64,000 nucleotides of DNA. It comes from Acidobacteriota bacterium (GTDB lineage: Bacteria; Acidobacteriota; Vicinamibacteria; Fen-336). How positions within the stretch are numbered: the first letter of the stretch is position 1; every line of letters starts with the position of its first letter. The notes beneath the pieces were generated by a model that searched no databases, was not told the origin of the DNA, and saw only the letters and a list, made by a program, of their open reading frames with translations. Below are positions 57,767 through 64,000 of the stretch, one piece after another. The stretch lies in assembly GCA_011526565.1 (NCBI GenBank), contig WYBL01000026.1, positions 103,928 to 167,927 on the forward strand, written 5' to 3'. The position numbers and the translations under genes are program-made.

Positions 57767-58864
57767 ATGCAGGCAGGGCTCCTCAACACCTACCAGCACC
57801 CGGTCAGCCGCCGCGCGTGGCCCGCGTGGGCGCTCTCGGCGCTGCTGCTCGTCTCCTACGTGCTGCTGTACTTCGGCCCGATGCCGAAGCTCGGCATCCC
57901 GATCGACGTCTTCGAGACGCTCGCCAAGGCGGTCGGCCTCGGCTCCAAGTGGACGCTCTACGGACTCGCCTACACCGTGGCGATGATCGCGGGCGGCGCA
58001 TTCGTGCTGCGCCGCCACGGCAACAGCCCGTACCAGCGCGTGCGCACGATCACCGTCGTGCTCGTGCAGGTCGTGCTGGCCTTCGCGCTGCCGATCGTGC
58101 TGACGGTGTTCCGGCAGAAGGAGTACTACTTCTCGTACTTCTGGCCGCTGAAGATCGAGTACTTCTACCCGGGCGTGATCCTGCAGCAGCCGTTCCTGAT
58201 CGTCGCCTGGAGCTTTCTCGGCTCGCTGGTCGCCTTCCCGCTGCTCGCGTACTTCTTCGGCAAGCGCTTCTACTGCTCCTGGATCTGCGGCTGCGGCGGT
58301 CTCGCCAACACCGCGGGCGAACCGTGGCGCCACCTCTCCGACAAGTCCGCCGGCGCCTGGCGCCTGGAGCGGATCTCGATCCACCTGGTGCTGTTCGTCG
58401 CGCTGGTGACCACCGCGATCGTCTGGGTCAACTGGGCGGTGGGCAAGCAGTACCCGGCGTTCTCGCGCTTCGCGTTCCAGGTCCAGGACTGGTACGGCTT
58501 CGCGATCGGCGCGATGTTCGCGGGCGTGATCGGCGTCGGCCTCTATCCGCTGATGGGGACCCGTGTCTGGTGCCGCTTCGGCTGCCCGATGGCGGCGATG
58601 CTGGGCCTCGCCCAGAAGCTGGGCCGCTTCCGCATCACCGTCAAGAAGGACATGTGCATCTCGTGCGGCAACTGCTCGACCTACTGCGAGATGGGCATCG
58701 ACGTGCGCCAGTACGCGATGGCCAACCAGAGCTTCACCCGCGCGGCGTGCGTCGGCTGCGGGATGTGCGCGCACGTCTGCCCGCGCGGGGTGCTGAAGCT
58801 CGAGAATCGGCCGCGCACCTTCGCCGCCGGCCGCCAGATCCGCGTGGTCTCGATCGATCTCTGA
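57767..58864 (+). CDS. NapH/MauN-like integral-membrane polyferredoxin (two 4Fe-4S CxxCxxCxxxCP motifs)
   Basis: The TM helices are followed by CISCGNCSTYCE and CVGCGMCAHVCP. CSWICGCGG is a NapH-like membrane Cys motif. Confidence 0.7.
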   Translation: MQAGLLNTYQHPVSRRAWPAWALSALLLVSYVLLYFGPMPKLGIPIDVFETLAKAVGLGSKWTLYGLAYTVAMIAGGAFVLRRHGNSPYQRVRTITVVLVQVVLAFALPIVLTVFRQKEYYFSYFWPLKIEYFYPGVILQQPFLIVAWSFLGSLVAFPLLAYFFGKRFYCSWICGCGGLANTAGEPWRHLSDKSAGAWRLERISIHLVLFVALVTTAIVWVNWAVGKQYPAFSRFAFQVQDWYGFAIGAMFAGVIGVGLYPLMGTRVWCRFGCPMAAMLGLAQKLGRFRITVKKDMCISCGNCSTYCEMGIDVRQYAMANQSFTRAACVGCGMCAHVCPRGVLKLENRPRTFAAGRQIRVVSIDL

Positions 58865-58922
58865 GCCCGGCCGCCCCGCTCGCGTAGGCACGGCGACGAC
58901 GATGCGCGACAATCGGAGGGTG

Positions 58923-60062
58923 ATGCGCTCCGGGTGGTCGCGAGTGCTGGTGGTCGCGGCGGTGGTCGGCGCCGGGTTCGCGCTGCGGGCGACCGTGTTC
59001 GCGCCCGCGCCGATCGAGGTCAAGGTCTTCGTCGTCGCCGCGGGCCGGGTCGAAGAAACGGTGACCAACTCGCGCGCCGGCACCGTCAAGGCGCGGCGGC
59101 GCGCCAAGCTCGCGCCGGAGACGGGCGGCCACGTCGTCCTGCTGCCGCACCGGCGCGGTGCCCAGGTCCGGCGAGGCGACGTGCTGCTGAAGATCGACGA
59201 TGCCCTGCAGCAGGCGCAGCTCGGCCTCGCCCGCGACGAGGCGCGCGCCGGGGCCGCCCAGCGCGACCAGGCCTGCCTCGTGGCCGAGCGGGCGGCCCGC
59301 GAGCGCGGCCGCACCCGCGAGCTCGCCGCCCAGGGCATCGTCTCCACCGACCTCGTGGACGGCGTCGAGAGCCAGGCGCGCACCGCGGAAGCCGCCTGCC
59401 GCGCCGCCGAGGCGGTGGCCGCGCGCCATGCCTCCGCGGTGGCGCTGGCCGAGGCCCAGCTCGCGCAGACGGTGCTGCGCGCGCCGTTCGACGGGCTCGT
59501 TGCCGAGACGCTCGTCGAGGTGGGCGAGTGGACGTCGCCGTCGCCCGCGGCGCTGCCGATCCCGCCGGTGCTGGACCTGATCGACACCCGCTCCATCTAC
59601 GTCAGCGCGCCGATGGACGAGGTCGACTCCGCGCGCATCCAGGCCGGGCAGCCGGCGCGCGTCACGGTCGACTCCCACCGCGGGCAGCAGTTCGCGGCCC
59701 GCGTGGGCGTGGTCGCGCCGTACGTCACCGACCGCCTGGAGCAGAACCGCACGATCGAGATCGAGCTGGAGCTGGACGACGCCGAGGTGGCCCGCTCGCT
59801 GCTGCCCGGGACCTCCGCCGACGTCGAGGTGATCCTGATCGCCCGCGAGGGCGCGCTGCACGTGCCGACCTCCGCGCTGCTCGAGGGCGGCAAGGTGCTG
59901 GTGCTCGAGGACGGGATCCTGGTCGAGCGCGCGCTCGAGGTCGGGCTGCGCAACTGGGACCGCACCGAGGTGCGATCGGGCCTGCGCGCGGGCGAAGCCG
60001 TCGTCACCTCGCTCGACCGCCCCGAGGTCAAGGCCGGCGCCCGCGCCCGCGCCGCGCCGTGA
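58923..60062 (+). CDS. HlyD/MacA-family periplasmic adaptor subunit
   Basis: It has an N-terminal TM and a coiled-coil (QQAQLGLARDEARAGAAQRDQACLVAERAARERGRTRELAAQG). The beta-barrel/MP domain is LVAETLVEVGEWTSP. Confidence 0.8.
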   Translation: MRSGWSRVLVVAAVVGAGFALRATVFAPAPIEVKVFVVAAGRVEETVTNSRAGTVKARRRAKLAPETGGHVVLLPHRRGAQVRRGDVLLKIDDALQQAQLGLARDEARAGAAQRDQACLVAERAARERGRTRELAAQGIVSTDLVDGVESQARTAEAACRAAEAVAARHASAVALAEAQLAQTVLRAPFDGLVAETLVEVGEWTSPSPAALPIPPVLDLIDTRSIYVSAPMDEVDSARIQAGQPARVTVDSHRGQQFAARVGVVAPYVTDRLEQNRTIEIELELDDAEVARSLLPGTSADVEVILIAREGALHVPTSALLEGGKVLVLEDGILVERALEVGLRNWDRTEVRSGLRAGEAVVTSLDRPEVKAGARARAAP

Positions 60063-60811
60063 TCCGCCTCGTCGACATCTGCCGCACCTACGACCTCGGC
60101 GGTAACCCGGTCCGGGCCCTGGTCGACGTCACCGAAGAGATCGCGAGCGGCGAGCACCTCGCGATCATGGGGCCCTCGGGCTCCGGAAAGTCGACGCTGC
60201 TGCACGTGCTGGGCTGCCTCGACCGCCCCGACGCCGGCCGCTACGAGCTGGACGGCCGCGACGTCTCGGCGCTCGACGACGACGCTCTCAGCCTGCTGCG
60301 CCGCCACACGATCGGCTTCGTGTTCCAGTCGTTCCACCTGGTGCCGCGGCTCACCGCACGGGAGAACGTCGAGCTGCCGATGGTGTTCGCGGGGGTGCCG
60401 GCCGCGGAACGCCGCGAGCGGGCGATGGCGAAGCTGCGCGCCGTCGGCCTCGAGCCGCGCGCCTCGCACCGCCCCGACCAGCTCTCGGGCGGCGAGCGGC
60501 AGCGCGTGGCGCTGGCGCGGGCCACGGTGCTCGAGCCCAAGCTGCTGCTGGCCGACGAACCCACGGGCAACCTCGACGGCGCGTCGGGGCGGCACGTGCT
60601 CGAGATCCTGTCGCGGATGAACGCCGACGGGCTGACGCTCGTCGTCGTCACCCACGACCCCGCGGTGGCGCGGCGGGCGCGCCGGCTGATCGTGCTGCGC
60701 GACGGCCACGTCGTGTTCCGCGGCAGCGGCGAGCAGATCCACGAGGCGGTCGAGCTGCTGTCGACGGGTGACGGCGAGGGCGACGCCGCCCCGGCGCCCG
60801 GCCGGCCGTGA
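60059..60811 (+). CDS. MacB/LolD-type ABC transporter ATP-binding protein
   Basis: The GTG start overlaps the upstream stop. Walker A GPSGSGKST. Signature LSGGERQRVALARA. Walker B LLLADEPT. Confidence 0.85.
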   Translation: MIRLVDICRTYDLGGNPVRALVDVTEEIASGEHLAIMGPSGSGKSTLLHVLGCLDRPDAGRYELDGRDVSALDDDALSLLRRHTIGFVFQSFHLVPRLTARENVELPMVFAGVPAAERRERAMAKLRAVGLEPRASHRPDQLSGGERQRVALARATVLEPKLLLADEPTGNLDGASGRHVLEILSRMNADGLTLVVVTHDPAVARRARRLIVLRDGHVVFRGSGEQIHEAVELLSTGDGEGDAAPAPGRP

Positions 60812-62010
60812 CCGCGGGCGACGTCGTCGGCTTCGCCTTCCGCGCGCTGCGCGGGCATCGGCTGCGCACCGCCCTGAGCCTGCTCGGCGTCTCGATCGGC
60901 GTGGCGGCCGTGATCACGCTGACCGCGCTGGGCGAAGGCGCGCGGCGCTACGTGCTGGCGCAGTTCGCGGCGGTCGGCAGCAACATGGTCGTCGTGCTGC
61001 CGGGCCGCGCCGAGACGACGGGGGCGATGCCGGGCTTCGGCGGCACGCCGCGCGACCTGACGCTCGACGACGCGCTCGCGGTCGCGCGCGGCGTGCCCGG
61101 CGTCGACAAGGCGGCGCCGCTGGTGATCGGCACCGAGACCGTGGCGTTCGGCGCGCGCCGCCGCCAGGTGGCGGTCGCGGGCAGCAGTCACGAGATGCTC
61201 GAGGTGCGGCGGCTGAGCGTGGCCCGCGGGCGCTTCCTGCCGGAGCAGCCCTGGGACCGCGGCGCGCCGGTCGTGGTGCTGGGCAGCAAGCTCGCGGCCG
61301 AGCTGTTCCCCGGCGCCGAGCCGCTCGGCCAGGTGGTCCGCATCGGCGACTGGCGGATGCGGGTGATCGGCGTGACCGCGCCGCGCGGACAGCAGCTCGG
61401 CATGGACATGGACGACGTCGCGATCGTGCCGGTCGCCACCGCGATGCAGATGTTCGACCGCAGCAGCCTGTTCCGGCTGCTGCTGCAGGCCCGCAGCCAC
61501 CACCGGCTCGACACCGTGAAGGCCGCCACGCTGAAGCTGCTGAGCGAGCGCCACGGCGAGGAGGACGTCACCGTCATCACCCAGGATGCCGTGCTGTCGG
61601 CCTTCGACTCGATCCTCGGCGCCCTGACCCGCGCGCTGGGCGGGCTGGCCGCGATCTCGCTGGCGGTCGCCGGGGTCGGGATCATGAACGTGATGCTGGT
61701 CTCGGTCTCGGAGCGTACCCGCGAGATCGGCCTGCTCAAGGCTCTGGGCGCGGGCCGCCGGCAGGTGCTCGCCGCGTTCCTCGCGGAGGCCGTGCTCATC
61801 TCCTCGGCCGGCGGCGTGCTCGGCCTCGCCCTCGGCTTCGCCGCCGTGCAGGTGCTGGTCGCGATCTTTCCGGCGCTGCCGGCGTCGCCGCCCGCGTGGG
61901 CCGTGGCGGCGGCGTTCCTGATGTCGGTCGCGGTCGGCGCCGTGTTCGGCGTGGTGCCCGCGCGCCGCGCCACCCGCCTCGACCCGGTGGCGGCGCTGGG
62001 TGGCCGCTGA
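60808..62010 (+). CDS. FtsX-like ABC permease (MacB-type, with MacB_PCD periplasmic domain)
   Basis: There is an N-terminal TM, then the periplasmic domain, then the C-terminal FtsX helices (ISLAVAGVGIMNVMLVSVSERTREIGLLKALGA). Confidence 0.85.
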   Translation: MTAGDVVGFAFRALRGHRLRTALSLLGVSIGVAAVITLTALGEGARRYVLAQFAAVGSNMVVVLPGRAETTGAMPGFGGTPRDLTLDDALAVARGVPGVDKAAPLVIGTETVAFGARRRQVAVAGSSHEMLEVRRLSVARGRFLPEQPWDRGAPVVVLGSKLAAELFPGAEPLGQVVRIGDWRMRVIGVTAPRGQQLGMDMDDVAIVPVATAMQMFDRSSLFRLLLQARSHHRLDTVKAATLKLLSERHGEEDVTVITQDAVLSAFDSILGALTRALGGLAAISLAVAGVGIMNVMLVSVSERTREIGLLKALGAGRRQVLAAFLAEAVLISSAGGVLGLALGFAAVQVLVAIFPALPASPPAWAVAAAFLMSVAVGAVFGVVPARRATRLDPVAALGGR

Positions 62011-63206
62011 TGGCGGGAGAGCTGCTGCGGCTGGCGCTCGGCGCGGTGCGCGCCCATCGCCTGCGTTCCTTCCTGTCCGCCCTCGGCATCGCGATCGGGG
62101 TGGCGGCGGTGATCCTGCTGACCTCGATCGGCGAGGGCACCCGACTGTACGTCGTCTCCCAGTTCACCCAGTTCGGCACCAACATCATCGCGATCAACCC
62201 GGGCCGCTCGAAGACGATGGGCATCCCTGGCGTGCTCGGCGGCAGCACCCGCAAGCTGACCATCGACGACGCCGAGGCGCTGACGCGAATCCGCGGCGTC
62301 GAGGTCGTGGTGCCGGTGACGATGGGCCTCGGCGCGGTCGAGCTCGGGGGGCGCTCGCGCAGCGTGACGATCCTCGGCGCGACGCCCGATCTCCCGGTGC
62401 TCTGGCGCTTCGGAGCGCGCCAGGGCTCGTTCTGGCCGCGCGGCGACCCGCGCCAGGGCGGGGCGAGCGCCGTGCTGGGGCCGAAGCTCGCGCGCGAGCT
62501 GTTCGGCGAGCGCAGCCCGCTGGGTGCCGTCGTGCGCATCGCCGGCGGGCGCTTCCGGGTCGTCGGCGTGATGCAGCCCAAAGGACAGATGATGGGCTTC
62601 GACGTCGACGACATCGCGATCGTGCCGGTCGCCAGCGCGCTGCGGCTGTTCAACCAGGACGAGCTGATGGAGATCGACCTCGTCTACGCCAACGCGCGCG
62701 ACACCGCCCGCGTCGAGGCCGAGGTCAAGCGCGTGCTGATCGAGCGCCACGGCGACGAGGACTTCACGGTCACCACCCAGGAGGCGATGCTCGACGTCTT
62801 CGGCAACGTGATGGACGTGCTGACGACCGCCGTCGGCGCGATCGCCTCCATCTCGCTGCTGGTCGGCGCGACCGGCATCCTGACCATGATGTGGATCGCG
62901 GTCGGCGAGCGCACGTCCGAGATCGGGCTGCTGCGCGCGGTCGGCGCGACCGCGGCGCAGGTGCAGGCCGTCTTCCTGGCCGAGGCCGCGGCGCTGGCGA
63001 CGCTGGGGGGCGTGCTCGGCATCGCGATCGGGCTCGGGGGCGGGCTCCTGCTGCGGCTGGTGGTGCCGGGGCTGCCGCTGGAGACGCCGCTGCGCTTCGT
63101 GCTGGCCGGCCTCGCGGTCAGCGCCGCCACCGGGCTCGTCGCCGGCGTCGGCCCGGCCCGCCGCGCCGCCGCGCTCGACCCCATCGACGCCCTGCGCGCA
63201 GAGTAG
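62010..63206 (+). CDS. Second FtsX-like ABC permease (paralog)
   Basis: TGATG start overlap. The architecture is the same (ISLLVGATGILTMMWIAVGERTSEIGLLRAVGA). Confidence 0.85.
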   Translation: MAGELLRLALGAVRAHRLRSFLSALGIAIGVAAVILLTSIGEGTRLYVVSQFTQFGTNIIAINPGRSKTMGIPGVLGGSTRKLTIDDAEALTRIRGVEVVVPVTMGLGAVELGGRSRSVTILGATPDLPVLWRFGARQGSFWPRGDPRQGGASAVLGPKLARELFGERSPLGAVVRIAGGRFRVVGVMQPKGQMMGFDVDDIAIVPVASALRLFNQDELMEIDLVYANARDTARVEAEVKRVLIERHGDEDFTVTTQEAMLDVFGNVMDVLTTAVGAIASISLLVGATGILTMMWIAVGERTSEIGLLRAVGATAAQVQAVFLAEAAALATLGGVLGIAIGLGGGLLLRLVVPGLPLETPLRFVLAGLAVSAATGLVAGVGPARRAAALDPIDALRAE

Positions 63207-63217
63207 TCGCGAAGCGG

Positions 63218-63240
63218 CGCGCGAGCCGCCGGGCTCGCGC
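63218..63240 (+). terminator. Short GC hairpin after the permease operon (GCGCGAGCC-gcc-GGGCTCGCGC), a candidate terminator
   Basis: It is a perfect 9-bp stem with no U-tract. It is followed by GGAGG before the next ATG. Confidence 0.35.
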
Positions 63241-63268
63241 ATAATCGGAGGCGGGGGAGTTCTCGTCG

Positions 63269-64000
63269 ATGAGAACGCGTGACACGGCTGCCGTGGCGGG
63301 CGTCGTGATCGCGACGGCGCTCGCGATCGGGCTGCCGGCCTGTCGCGCGCCGGAGCAGCGCGCGCCCGCGGCGCCGTCGGCACTGCAGGTGACGCGCGAC
63401 CCGGACCTCGAGTTCTACCCGAGCCTGTCGCCCGACGGCGAGCGGATCGCCTTCGCCGCCGAGCGCGAGGGCCGCTTCGAGCTGTTCGTGGCGGCCCGCG
63501 ACGGCAGCGGGGTGCGGGCCCTGACCAGCGACGGCTTCCACAACGTGCAGCCCGCGTGGTCACCGGACGGGCGGCGCATCGCCTACTTCTCCCGCGAGCG
63601 AGGCGGCATCTGGACCGTGCCGGCGGAAGGCGGCGCGCCAGCGCAGGTCTCGACGTTCGGGGCTCGCGCCGCCTGGTCCCCGGACGGCAAGTGGATCGCG
63701 TTCCAGTCGGAGCCGCAGATCGACGTCTCCTACACGTCCGTCGTGCCGCTGCCGCCGTGCTCGATCTGGGTGGTCGCGGCCGCGGGCGGGGAGCCGCGGC
63801 AGGTGACGCGGCCGGGGCAGCCGGCGGGCGGCCACGGCACGCCCGCCTGGACGCCGGACGGCGCGGAGATCGTGTTCGTGGCCTACGACCGCGTCGGCGC
63901 GGCGCTGTGGCGGGTGCGGCCCGACGGCCAGCAGGTGCGGCGGGTGCCGCTGCCCGCGGACCAGCCGTCCGTCAGCGATCCCGCCTCGTGTCCCCGCTGC
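63269..64000 (+). CDS. TolB-like/WD40-like beta-propeller (PD40 repeat) lipoprotein, 5' part. It continues past the window end.
   Basis: ATG at 63269. The lipobox-like motif is LAIGLPAC. The PD40 repeats are SLSPDGERIAFAAEREGRFELFV, PAWSPDGRRIAYFS, AAWSPDGKWIAFQS and PAWTPDGAEIVFVA. Confidence 0.7.
   Translation, partial: MRTRDTAAVAGVVIATALAIGLPACRAPEQRAPAAPSALQVTRDPDLEFYPSLSPDGERIAFAAEREGRFELFVAARDGSGVRALTSDGFHNVQPAWSPDGRRIAYFSRERGGIWTVPAEGGAPAQVSTFGARAAWSPDGKWIAFQSEPQIDVSYTSVVPLPPCSIWVVAAAGGEPRQVTRPGQPAGGHGTPAWTPDGAEIVFVAYDRVGAALWRVRPDGQQVRRVPLPADQPSVSDPASCPRC

Overview
High-GC (about 70%+) bacterial chromosomal segment, densely coding on both strands. It contains no rRNA, tRNA, CRISPR array or recognisable mobile element. 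High GC generates many long Arg/Ala/Gly/Pro-rich antisense ORFs in the six-frame track. I called genes only where the translation shows recognisable family motifs. Several real genes use GTG/TTG starts, often overlapping the upstream stop as TTGA/ATGA/GTGA.

Content by position:
- 0-13 kb: housekeeping and miscellaneous genes. These are a speA N-terminal fragment, a DsbA-like lipoprotein, a polytopic ArnT/PMT-like membrane protein, an SDR, a HAD hydrolase, chrA, a GIY-YIG protein, PduO-type adenosyltransferase, YgfZ, a CDGSH protein and a barnase/barstar pair. There is also a truncated TonB-dependent receptor remnant.
- 12.5-26.8 kb: the most interesting region. It is a very compact, alternating-strand cluster mixing glycan-assembly genes with a RiPP-like tailoring set. 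The glycan genes are a sugar nucleotidyltransferase, an epimerase/dehydratase, two GT2s, a GT4, a membrane SGNH hydrolase and a GNAT. The RiPP-like set is a PqqD-family RRE-like protein, an HPr-kinase-C-like P-loop protein, an NTP_transf_5-like nucleotidyltransferase, an asparagine-synthetase homologue and a fused ABC exporter. An S51 (PepE/cyanophycinase-like) serine peptidase sits where a lasso B2 protease would be. No precursor peptide gene is evident.
- 26.8-33.5 kb: the conserved DUF1302-DUF1329-Ycf48-like-MMPL exporter cassette.
- 33.7-39.4 kb: an MtrA/MtrB-type decaheme cytochrome plus outer-membrane porin module, followed by an OmpR-type two-component system.
- 39.4-64 kb: secreted peptidases (S9B DPP-IV, M20), a PQQ-propeller/LolA-like fusion with a cupin, a DUF438/PAS protein, and a TonB-dependent receptor-CbiX operon. 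Then an OatA-like acyltransferase, a Rieske-flavodoxin fusion, a DUF547 protein, an FAD oxidoreductase with a NapH-like polyferredoxin, and a MacAB-like adaptor/ATPase/two-permease system. A partial TolB-like gene lies at the end of the window.
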